A stretch of DNA of 64,000 nucleotides from Granulicella sp. (lineage in GTDB: Bacteria; Acidobacteriota; Terriglobia; Terriglobales; Acidobacteriaceae). The stretch covers positions 1 through 64,000 of the forward strand of contig DAHWNL010000021.1 in assembly GCA_027339965.1 (NCBI GenBank), written 5' to 3'. Position numbers and translations under genes: made by a program. The notes under the pieces are model-generated. The model ran no database searches. It saw only the letters and a program-made list of their open reading frames with translations, and had not been told where the DNA came from. Every line of letters starts with the position of its first letter. The stretch's first letter is position 1. Positions 53,290 through 61,809 of the stretch are shown here, in pieces.

Positions 53290-54212
53290 CGGGGAAGCAG
53301 TTCGACCGGAACATCCAGAGTGGAGGGAAGGGTGTCGGAGAACGCCTCGTCGGAGGAGTCGCCGAGACCGCCGAAGCGGCGTTCGCGCTGCTGATAGTCG
53401 GCGATGGCTTCCAGGAGGTGAATACCGCGGAAGTCCGGCCACAGGCGGTTGGTAACGAAGATCTCGGCGTAAGCAATCTGCCAAAGGAGGAAGTTGGAGA
53501 TGCGCTGCTCGCCGGAGGTTCGGATGACTAGGTCCGGATCGGGCATCTGCGCGGTGTAGAGGTGGGCGTCGAGCTGAGGTTCGTCGATGCGGTTCTTGAT
53601 GGCTTCATCCATGCCCTCGGCGGCGAGCATGTCTTCGACGGAGATGCCGCGCTGGTGAGCCTCCAGGATGAGTTTATGAATCAGGGCGCGGGCGGCATCG
53701 ACGATCTCAGAGCGAGAGCCGTAGTTGAGCGCCAGGGTAAGAGTGGTTCCGGTGTTTCGGGCGGTTTGCTCGGAGGCCCACTGCATGGTTTCCTGGACTT
53801 CTGTAGGAAGTTCGTGGGTGCGGCCGATATAGGCCACCCGGATATTGTTGTCATTCATCCGCTTGACGTTGGAGACCAGATAGCTGCGCAGCAGCTTCAT
53901 GAGGAAGTTCACTTCATTGCGCGGCCGGCGCAGGTTGTTTTCCAACGAGAAAGCGTAGAGGGTGATCCAGGGAAGATCGATGCGGGAGGCGGTCTCCACA
54001 ACGTACTGAACGCATTCAGCGCCCTGTTGGTGACCGAGAAAGCGCTTGAGGCTTCTCTTGCCGGCCCAGCGGCCGTTGCCATCCATGATGATGGCGATGT
54101 GTTGCGGCATGCGCGCCGGATCGAGCGCGTCATAGGCCGCGCGCTCTTCGGGTGTGAGTTCGTGAGCCCGGTTGGAGCGCTGATAGACGCGGCTGGGATA
54201 GGTTTCGCGCAC
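53286..54212 (-). CDS. uppS: Isoprenyl transferase (undecaprenyl-diphosphate synthase)
   Basis: 'HIAIIMDGNGRWA', 'YAFS.EN', 'ALNYGSR', 'PDLVIRTSGEQRISNFLLWQ', 'RRFGG'. Confidence 0.96.
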   Translation of the reverse strand: MRETYPSRVYQRSNRAHELTPEERAAYDALDPARMPQHIAIIMDGNGRWAGKRSLKRFLGHQQGAECVQYVVETASRIDLPWITLYAFSLENNLRRPRNEVNFLMKLLRSYLVSNVKRMNDNNIRVAYIGRTHELPTEVQETMQWASEQTARNTGTTLTLALNYGSRSEIVDAARALIHKLILEAHQRGISVEDMLAAEGMDEAIKNRIDEPQLDAHLYTAQMPDPDLVIRTSGEQRISNFLLWQIAYAEIFVTNRLWPDFRGIHLLEAIADYQQRERRFGGLGDSSDEAFSDTLPSTLDVPVELLPR

Positions 54213-54471
54213 GGGTCAATCTCTAGGATATGACGATAGCTGAAAACGGAGAAGGAGAAAACAGGTGTGCAGAAGAGGTTCGAAGCCAGGCAGGGGCGAA
54301 AAGCGGCCAGATGAGGAAGGGGTGGGGTCCGCAGTTCGATGAGAGAGCGTTGCGGGACGGCGAAGCTTGCCGCTGGTGGCCGGGTGGAGAGACACCGCAG
54401 CTCCTCACCCTGAGGGGTGTGGAGCTGCGGTGTTGGAGAGTCGCGGAGGAGCCGGCCTGCGGTGGCCGGGC

Positions 54472-55101
54472 TCAGGCCATGCGCCGGTTATGGCTCTGGG
54501 ACAACTCGCGTACGTGATTGAGAAAGATCGCCTTCTGGGTGGAACTCAGGTGCGGCGCGTACTTGGCGATCTCGGCCAGGAAGGGATCGTTGAGCAGAAC
54601 AGCGGTCTCGTCACGGTGCCGGGTGGGAGCGTCGCGGAGCAGGGCGGAGATATCCACCTGCAGGGCGCGTGCCAGGCGATCCAAGGAGGAGAGCGTAGGC
54701 ATGGCCTTGCCGTTCTCGATCTTGGAGATGTAGGTTCGGGGAACGCACATCCGCGCGGCGAGCTGGCGCTGGGAGAGATTGCGCACGTGGCGAAGATCGC
54801 GCACCGCGGCAGCAACCTGCGGGCCGGCTTCGCCAACCTCTGATGGCGAAGCCGCCACCAGGGCGACGGCGGGCATCACCTTGGGAGGTTCGGGGAGGAG
54901 CGACTTCTTGCACCGCCGGCAGGCGTCCGAAGCGGTGCGGAATTGCACCAGCTTGCAGGCTTCACATCGTACGACCTCTCGCGCTGCCTGCGGGATCTCA
55001 GGGGCGGATGCTGCCACCGCCGTGTTGGGAACTGCCAAGGGCTGAGCCTCTTGAGCCTCTGTTGCGCGCATCGCGCGTACAGGCTGCATAAGGGTTGCCA
55101 T
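54472..55101 (-). CDS. XRE-family HTH transcriptional regulator with N-terminal zinc ribbon
   Basis: CEAC...CRRC motif followed by 'LSQRQLAARMCVPRTYISKIENGKAMPTLSSL'. Confidence 0.88.
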   Translation of the reverse strand: MATLMQPVRAMRATEAQEAQPLAVPNTAVAASAPEIPQAAREVVRCEACKLVQFRTASDACRRCKKSLLPEPPKVMPAVALVAASPSEVGEAGPQVAAAVRDLRHVRNLSQRQLAARMCVPRTYISKIENGKAMPTLSSLDRLARALQVDISALLRDAPTRHRDETAVLLNDPFLAEIAKYAPHLSSTQKAIFLNHVRELSQSHNRRMA

Positions 55102-55338
55102 AAGATTTGTATTGCGGACGGCTGCCAGAGCGGGCGACCGACCACTTGTGTCCGATAACGAAGACAAGCGATGAGCTTAGAGTGACACCCCGCATCCAAA
55201 GAGTCAAGGAGTATTCCCGGAGATTCCGCCGGAAAGATGGTAAAAAATGGCATCGGAACCAAAGTAGTACACGATTTCTGCTAAAGAAATGGAAGCTGGA
55301 GCCGGGATCACCGCCAGGGACCACGAGGGAGCGATTTG

Positions 55339-55941
55339 ATGCAGAGCCAAGAGAGATTCAGCGCCGTACAGGCGGAGGCGTTGTTGAGAGAGTGGACGCA
55401 GAGCGTATCTTTGGTGAAGCATGGGCTCGCCGTAGCGCGATGCACAGAGAGCTACGGGCTCCGCAAGGCTAAGCTTTGTGGGATGAACTGTGAGGAGTCG
55501 GCCCGGCTGGCAGAGGTCTATCGTTGCGCGGGGCTGTTGCACGACTTCGATTATGAGCGGCACCCCACTCCGGAAGAGCATCCTTTTATGGGGGTGAAAT
55601 TTCTGCGCGAGCAGGGTTGGCCCGAGGAGATTCTGCACGCCATTCTGGCCCATGCGGAGTACTCCGGCGTAGTTCCGGAGAGTCACCTGGACAAGGCCTT
55701 GTTTGCCAGCGATGAGCTGGCCGGGTTTCTGACCGCATGCGCTTTGGTAAAGCCGAGCCGGGCGATTGCCGATGTGGAGGTGGCTGGCGTGGTGAAGAAG
55801 ATGAAGGACAAGGCGTTTGCACGGGCGGTCCAGCGCCAAGACATCCTCCGCGGAGCAGAGTTGCTGGGAGTTCCTCTGCATGAGCACATCGGCAACTGCC
55901 TGCGCGCGATGCAGGCTCACGCCCAGGAGTTGGGGCTGTAG
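55339..55941 (+). CDS. HD/HDIG-domain metal-dependent phosphohydrolase
   Basis: 'SLVKH', 'AGLLHDFDYE', 'LFASDELAG', 'KKMKDKAFAR'. Confidence 0.9.
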   Translation: MQSQERFSAVQAEALLREWTQSVSLVKHGLAVARCTESYGLRKAKLCGMNCEESARLAEVYRCAGLLHDFDYERHPTPEEHPFMGVKFLREQGWPEEILHAILAHAEYSGVVPESHLDKALFASDELAGFLTACALVKPSRAIADVEVAGVVKKMKDKAFARAVQRQDILRGAELLGVPLHEHIGNCLRAMQAHAQELGL

Positions 55942-55982
55942 CGCAGCCTCCGCGCGGCAGGATCCGGGATTGAGATCTGCTT

Positions 55983-56657
55983 TCAGCCCTCGGCCAGCGC
56001 CGCCCAGCCAATGCGCACCACGCCAGCCCCGGCGAAGGCGGTATTGATGGAGCGAACCGTGTTGGGGAGATCGACGGCTCGAGTAAGATCCTCGATGACG
56101 ATGGATGCGAAGCCGAGACGGGCCGCAGCCACTGCGGAGAAGCCCACGCAGAAGTCATAGGCCAGGCCGCAGAAGAAGAGGCGGGTGATGCCGCGTTCCC
56201 GCAAGTAGCCTGCCAGGCCGGTAGGAGTCTGGTGATCGTTCTCCATGAAGGCTGAGTAGCTGTCAATCTGCGGGTGAAGTCCCTTGCGCAGGATCAGTTC
56301 AGCGTGAGGGATGGAAAGGCCGGGGTGGAGCGCGGCTCCGGCCGTGTCTTGGATGCAGTGGTCCGGCCAGAGTTCCTGAACTCCGTAGGGAGTGTGGAGA
56401 ATCAACCTTCCCTCCGGGGCAAGGGCCGGAGTTTGCGTCGAAGGAACTCTGCCCTGGTGAGTGCTCGCGAAGGAGATGTGGCCGCGAGGGTGCCAGTCCT
56501 GGGTAAGAACGACGTGCTGGAAGCGGAAGGCGACGGTGTTGATGCCGGGCAGAATGGCGTCAGCGCCAGAGATGGCCAGGGCGCCTCCAGGGAGGAAGTC
56601 CCTTTGCATATCGATGACCAGCAGAGCGTCGGTCGGGGTGAGGGACCAGGCTGTCAT
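55983..56657 (-). CDS. pncA: Nicotinamidase/pyrazinamidase
   Basis: 'LLVIDMQRDF.PGGAL', 'TQDWHP', 'WPDHC', 'DSYSAF', 'GLAYDFCV'. Confidence 0.93.
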   Translation of the reverse strand: MTAWSLTPTDALLVIDMQRDFLPGGALAISGADAILPGINTVAFRFQHVVLTQDWHPRGHISFASTHQGRVPSTQTPALAPEGRLILHTPYGVQELWPDHCIQDTAGAALHPGLSIPHAELILRKGLHPQIDSYSAFMENDHQTPTGLAGYLRERGITRLFFCGLAYDFCVGFSAVAAARLGFASIVIEDLTRAVDLPNTVRSINTAFAGAGVVRIGWAALAEG

Positions 56658-56829
56658 ACACTCAAGCGTACTATTTTGAGCAAGGCTGGTGCGGGATGGT
56701 CTCTGTGCGGGAGCGGCTTGAAGTTCTGGGTCCGGCAGATTGCGATCTTCTGCCGAGCGGTTGGATGCCGGCAGCGCGACGAGGGCGATGGCGGCGGGAC
56801 GAGCGGATGCACCAAGGAGTGAAGCTGAC

Positions 56830-57693
56830 TTGATCAAGGTGATTGAATCCCCGCGAGATGCATGGCAGAGCCTGCGGAAGGTGATTGAGCCGGAGGTGAA
56901 GTCGGAGTATCTGCGCGCGCTGATTGTGGCCGGATTTCGCCATATTGATGCGGTGGGGTTTGTCTCCCCGCAGGTGGTGCCACAGATGGCTGACTCCGAG
57001 CGGGTGCTGGAGTATCTGGATGCTCCGGAGGAGGTGGAGGTGATTGGACTGGTTGCCAATGCGTTGGGCGCTGAGCGTGCCCTGAAGAGCGGCCGGGTGA
57101 CGACCCTGGCGTTCCCATACTCGATCTCGCCGCAGTTTCTGGAGCGCAATCAGCGGCAGGCGCCGGAGGATGCTCTGGACGAGCTGGAGAAGATCGGAGA
57201 GCTGGCTTACAAACATGGGCAGGATATGGTGGCGTACGTCGCCATGGCGTTTGGAAACCCATTTGGGGATGCGTGGGACGTGGACGAGGTGGTGAGCGCG
57301 GTGGATCTGCTGGTGGATCTGGGCGTGGCCCAGGTTTCGCTTTCCGATACGACAGGTACGGCATCCCCAGAGCTGGTGCGGGATGTGCTGCGGCTGGTGC
57401 TGGACGTGCACCAAGACCTGGAAGTGGGGGTCCATTTGCGCGCGCGACCGGCGGATGCGGCAGCCAAGGTCCGCGCGGCCTATGAAGGAGGGTGCAGGCG
57501 ATTCGATGCCACGCTGGGAGGCGTGGGAGCCTGTGTGTATGCCCAGGACCCGGGGGTAGCCAATCTGGCCACGGAGACGTTGTTGGACGTGTTGCAGGGG
57601 GTGAACGCGGAGCTGCCGGCGTTGGGAGCCCTGGAGCCGCTGGCAGGCATGAGTCTTGAGCTGGAGCGGCGTTACGGAGCTCCGCGACAATGA
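56830..57693 (+). CDS. Hydroxymethylglutaryl-CoA lyase family protein
   Basis: 'ESPRDAWQ', 'FVSP..VPQMADS', 'SLSDTTG', 'GVHL', 'FDATLGG.GAC', 'NLATE'; TTG after AAGGAG (alternative ATG 56788). Confidence 0.88.
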   Translation: MIKVIESPRDAWQSLRKVIEPEVKSEYLRALIVAGFRHIDAVGFVSPQVVPQMADSERVLEYLDAPEEVEVIGLVANALGAERALKSGRVTTLAFPYSISPQFLERNQRQAPEDALDELEKIGELAYKHGQDMVAYVAMAFGNPFGDAWDVDEVVSAVDLLVDLGVAQVSLSDTTGTASPELVRDVLRLVLDVHQDLEVGVHLRARPADAAAKVRAAYEGGCRRFDATLGGVGACVYAQDPGVANLATETLLDVLQGVNAELPALGALEPLAGMSLELERRYGAPRQ

Positions 57694-57746
57694 CGGACAA
57701 GAAGGAGAGGGAAGGAGCGTAGAGGCCGTTCTTTTAGACTGAGGGC

Positions 57747-58238
57747 ATGAGCGATTTGAGGAACTTCCCCGTGGATGATGTGGTAGCGAAGGGCTATGCC
57801 GAAGCCCCGATACGGGTGCGCTATGCGGAGACGGATCAGATGGGTGTGGTTTACCACGCCAACTATCTGGTGTGGTTTGAGGTGGGACGGGTGGAGTTCA
57901 TTCGGCAGTTGGGGATGGACTACAAGGATATGGAGAGGGACGAGGGAGCGTTGATCGCCGTGGCAGAGGCGACGGTCCGGTACAAGGCTCCAGCGCGCTA
58001 TGACGATGAGCTGGTGGTCCGGACCTCGCTGGCGGGCTTGAGAGACTCCATCGTTCGATTTCGCTACGTAGTGCTGCGAGTTGCCGATGGGGTGGTCTTG
58101 TGCGAGGGGGAGACGGTCCACTTTGTGGTGGGCCGAGACATGAAGCGCCGCTCCATGCCCGCCAAATATACAGAGTGCTTCCAGGCGATGTTGCTCCGGC
58201 CAGGGATGAAGGCCTTCGCAGAGACTCCTCAGGAGTGA
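57747..58238 (+). CDS. Acyl-CoA thioesterase (YbgC/4HBT family)
   Basis: 'RVRYAETDQMGVVYHANYLVWFEVGR'. Confidence 0.93.
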   Translation: MSDLRNFPVDDVVAKGYAEAPIRVRYAETDQMGVVYHANYLVWFEVGRVEFIRQLGMDYKDMERDEGALIAVAEATVRYKAPARYDDELVVRTSLAGLRDSIVRFRYVVLRVADGVVLCEGETVHFVVGRDMKRRSMPAKYTECFQAMLLRPGMKAFAETPQE

Positions 58239-59008
58239 CGCTTGCGGTCCAGATCCCAGGCCTTGGCGTACTTCCAACTGGTGTAGCCGGCGTGGTAGAG
58301 GTGCTGCAGCAGGCCCTCGCGTCCGTCCAGGAAGCCCAGGCGGAAGACGTAATTCCACTTGAAGGTGAGCACCGGGATGAACAGGACATGGGCAAGAAAG
58401 GCAAGAATGCCTGAGCTGGTGCGGCCCTGGTCCACAAGAAGCTGCGCTCCCAGAGAACTGTACCGGTCCATGTGCTCGATGTAGGATTCGAGCGTCGGAT
58501 AAGCGTGGTGGATCAGATCGGATTGGAGCGTGGCCGTGGGGCCGTGGAACTGGATGGTCTCATGCACCGGCCGCGGTTCGAAGGCGGCATGCTGGGAAGG
58601 GTTGCGGCGGAAGAGGCGAAGTTTTGCGTCCGGGTAGAAGCCTCCGTGGCGCATCCAGCGGCCCAGGAAGAGGTTGCGGCGCTTGAGGTAGAAGGCATCC
58701 ACCGAGGGTGTTGACGAGAGAATCTGGCGAATCTCCTGCTGAAGCTCCGAGGAGAGCTCTTCATCCGCGTCCAGGCTCAGAATCCAATCGCCGGTACACT
58801 GCTCGATGGCGAAGTTCTTTTGTTCGGCGAAGCCGGGCCAGGGACGCTCCAGTACGGTGGCGTTGAACTGGCGGGCGATCTCGACGGTGCGGTCGGTTGA
58901 GCCGGAGTCCACCATGACAATCTGATCTGCCCAGCGAACGCCCGCCAGGGTACGCGCCAGATTCGCTTCTTCGTTAAAGGTGACGATTGCGACAGAGAGG
59001 AGCGGCAT
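58229..59008 (-). CDS. Glycosyltransferase family 2 (KdtX/LgtF-like)
   Basis: 'VDSGSTDRT', 'QKNFAI', 'WILSLDADE', 'RLGFLDG'. Confidence 0.92.
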   Translation of the reverse strand: MPLLSVAIVTFNEEANLARTLAGVRWADQIVMVDSGSTDRTVEIARQFNATVLERPWPGFAEQKNFAIEQCTGDWILSLDADEELSSELQQEIRQILSSTPSVDAFYLKRRNLFLGRWMRHGGFYPDAKLRLFRRNPSQHAAFEPRPVHETIQFHGPTATLQSDLIHHAYPTLESYIEHMDRYSSLGAQLLVDQGRTSSGILAFLAHVLFIPVLTFKWNYVFRLGFLDGREGLLQHLYHAGYTSWKYAKAWDLDRKRHS

Positions 59009-59074
59009 GGGGGAAGGAGGATCTTTCCAGGAGGAGTGCGGTCCGGTGGTTCCCTTGCGGACGCTCGTTACGAG

Positions 59075-59189
59075 TCAGAAGGGCTTCGGCGTGATGGGGA
59101 GCGGCCCCTTCGCTTCCTTGGGGCGTTTTCTCCATGCGAAGTTCGCGGTGCGTTCTGGCCACGGAGTCTCCACTTGGAAAATACCTTAG
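59075..59189 (-). repeat. Degenerate relative of the palindromic repeat at the cyaY stop codon
   Basis: Minus strand begins CTAAGGTATTTTCCAAGTG (contains the cyaY TAA); internal GAAAACGCCCC; far boundary approximate. Confidence 0.5.
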
Positions 59190-59518
59190 AGGGTCATCTC
59201 TGGATCGCGGAGCTGTTCACGAAGCAGGCGCTGCGTCAGGCGGTGCAAATCTTCGCCGGTCTTGGGCAGGGTGAAGGCGTTGGCCGCCGGATTCCACTCC
59301 AGCTTGTAGGAGGTGGAGAGCGCGGAGATCCAGATCTGCCGGACAGGGGTGTTGGGAGTAAAGACGAATCGATCCTGGCTCTCCTCGAAGAGAACATTCA
59401 AAACGCCGTTCTTCTCGTCGGTCTCAAAGCCGCCCCGCTCTTCAGCACGGAAGAGCGCCTGTTTGAGAGATCCCAAGGCTTTGTCCGACTCCTGGCGGAA
59501 GGTGGTTTCATCAATCAT
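59186..59518 (-). CDS. cyaY: Iron donor protein CyaY (frataxin-like)
   Basis: 'DE..F....D.AL', 'NGVL...F', 'PNTPVRQIWISA'. Confidence 0.9.
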   Translation of the reverse strand: MIDETTFRQESDKALGSLKQALFRAEERGGFETDEKNGVLNVLFEESQDRFVFTPNTPVRQIWISALSTSYKLEWNPAANAFTLPKTGEDLHRLTQRLLREQLRDPEMTL

Positions 59519-59524
59519 TCTGTC

Positions 59525-60571
59525 TTAGTGTAACGGCGGATCGGGTTCAGTGTCGCGGATGTTGGAGCAGGCAATGGGGCCGGAGAGAGGTTCAAACTGC
59601 AATGCAGCTTTGGAAAAGGAGAGCGGCTGGCAAAGGAAGGTGCGCAGGTGGGAGTCTTCGAAGATCTTGGTATGCGCAATGGTTTTGCCCCGCTCGCCGC
59701 GCTGTTGGTAGCCGGTTGCGGTGACGAGAAGGAACCGGTGGCGGGGATCAGAGGGATCGGGCTGAAGCCAGCGCCGGGTGATCTCGCAGGGATCTTGCGC
59801 GGCGTCATCACAGGATCGCTGACGGGAGGTGAAGCCGGCAGTGATGATCGCATGGCCCGAGAAGATTTGCAAGCGGACCTCGGTCTCCTTCAAGTCTCGA
59901 TTGGGGCCTGCGGTGATGGTGTGGTAGACCGCAGTGTAGCGGAGCGGATCGACCAAAGAGCGGCTGGCGAGCAGAAATCGCTGAAGGCTGTCGGAGGGGC
60001 TGCCGTAGCTGGTGGCATCGATCAGGGTGGCGATGCGATACCATTGGGCCGGCGGTGGTGACTGGCTCTTTTCGGCCAAATCCGCCGGACTTTGCCCTTT
60101 TGTCGCGGCTTGCAGCCTGGCTGGGCGGGGTAACAGAATGGCGCTGACGATGTGATGGTCCAGTTCCACTGTGAGAATGGCATCGAGCCTCCCGGAATCA
60201 CCCAGAGGAAGGAGATCGAGGCGAACCGAGTGAGGGGTCGGGATGGAGCCCTGTTCGAGATACCACGCGGGAGCTCCAACGGCGACCAGCGCCCCGGCGC
60301 GCGTAAGGTCATGGGAGTCTCGCAACTGGGCGGCCAGAGCCTGCGGAGCCGGGACGGGGACATTGTCGGTCACAAACGTAAGCGCGCCTAGGTCAGGGGA
60401 TGCAGGAAGAACCGGGCGGGGCGTGGCGAACTTCGAGGGCGGGGCGGTGGGTGGGGAGGAGCCCATGTCGTGGCGCTGCGCCGAGGCTATGCCGGTGGTC
60501 ACAAACAGCATCCAGCACAGAGCCCAGCACCTAGCCAGGAGGAGTGCGGCGGATGAACGAGAAAGTTGCAT
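59525..60571 (-). CDS. Secreted hypothetical protein
   Basis: Long ORF in the ssb-cyaY run, signal peptide ending ASA-Q; start estimated. Confidence 0.65.
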   Translation of the reverse strand: MQLSRSSAALLLARCWALCWMLFVTTGIASAQRHDMGSSPPTAPPSKFATPRPVLPASPDLGALTFVTDNVPVPAPQALAAQLRDSHDLTRAGALVAVGAPAWYLEQGSIPTPHSVRLDLLPLGDSGRLDAILTVELDHHIVSAILLPRPARLQAATKGQSPADLAEKSQSPPPAQWYRIATLIDATSYGSPSDSLQRFLLASRSLVDPLRYTAVYHTITAGPNRDLKETEVRLQIFSGHAIITAGFTSRQRSCDDAAQDPCEITRRWLQPDPSDPRHRFLLVTATGYQQRGERGKTIAHTKIFEDSHLRTFLCQPLSFSKAALQFEPLSGPIACSNIRDTEPDPPLH

Positions 60572-60764
60572 GAGGAAAGGGCGGGGCTCCGCAGAATGAG
60601 TGGACTGCGGTGAGGAGTCTACACATGGATGCCGATGGCTCGCAACTTGCATCAAGATCTCATCGCGGTCCCATCGACCTCCAATGCTTCCCCGGCTGGA
60701 TGGCGCGATGGCTATTTGAGTCTCGGTTCGTGAGGCCATATTATCTGCAGGGAACAGGCGTGAG

Positions 60765-61223
60765 CTAAAAGGGAATATCCTCATCCGTGATGCCCTGGTC
60801 GGCGTAATCGCTCTGGGCCACGGGAGCCGTGGAGGTTGAAGAGCGGGAAGCGGAGTATGCGGAGCTGCCGCTCTCGCTTCGTCCCGCGCCGCCGCCCAGC
60901 AAGGAGAGCTCATTGACCAGAATCTCGGTGCGATACTTTTTCTGGCCGGACTCCTTGTCGTCCCAGGAACGGGTCTGGATCTTGCCTTCAACAAAGATCT
61001 GTGTGCCCTTTTTGACATAGTCGCGGACGACCTCGGCGGTCCGCTGGAAGGCGACCAGATTGTGCCACTCGGTCTTATCCGTCCAAGTGCCCTGGGCGTC
61101 CTTGGCGCGCTCAGCGGTGGCCAGCGAGAAGCTCGCGACCGTCATGCCGTTAGGAGTGGTGCGGATCTCGGGATCTTTACCGACGTTGCCGAGAAGAAAG
61201 ACTTTGTTGACGCCCTTAGCCAT
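60765..61223 (-). CDS. ssb: Single-stranded DNA-binding protein
   Basis: 'VNKVFLLGNVGKDPE', 'TEWH', C-terminal 'DEDIPF'. Confidence 0.97.
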   Translation of the reverse strand: MAKGVNKVFLLGNVGKDPEIRTTPNGMTVASFSLATAERAKDAQGTWTDKTEWHNLVAFQRTAEVVRDYVKKGTQIFVEGKIQTRSWDDKESGQKKYRTEILVNELSLLGGGAGRSESGSSAYSASRSSTSTAPVAQSDYADQGITDEDIPF

Positions 61224-61284
61224 GAAACTGCTCCGTGTGGTGGATGATGGAAAGTTTATAGCACGAGTGACCGGGATCGCTTTC

Positions 61285-61299
61285 GTTCGCGTCCGCTTC
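61285..61299. promoter_or_regulatory. Candidate LexA box upstream of ssb
   Basis: GTTC-N7-CTTC, one mismatch to GTTC-N7-GTTC. Confidence 0.5.
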
Positions 61300-61809
61300 G
61301 GCTATCTTTTGCAGGCTGACCGCTTCAGACGCTGCCAGCCGTGCGGCAACAGGACGGCTGCAGCGAACTCACGGTTCAATACAAACGGAATCATACTATA
61401 ACGATGCCACTTGGTTGGAATACACCCTGCGAGCCGATGGCAGATGGCGAAATTTGGATGAAAACGTGTGGCGACGAAGATGGCCAGGTAGAGCGACAAG
61501 CGGATGCCGGGAGGATAACGCCATGGCTGGACGCCTGATCTGGCAAAATTGCGCCGTTGGCGAGACGAGAGCATCCACCATTTGCTCCCCCGAGAGGATG
61601 TTCCGTTCATCCGCTGCCTGCTTCCCAACTCCTCAAGAGTTCTCAATCAGATAAGAAAGTCTGTACAGACGGGCCCGCGAGTTCCTGAAAAGCGGGCGGA
61701 GAGGAGTTTGCAATCGGAGAAGACAGGGGCTAACGTAGGCAGGGGGAGAGCAGCCCATGGGGAAGGTTCTCGACACGCGGAGTTGCAGCCGTACTGAAAA
61801 GGGAGCCCT

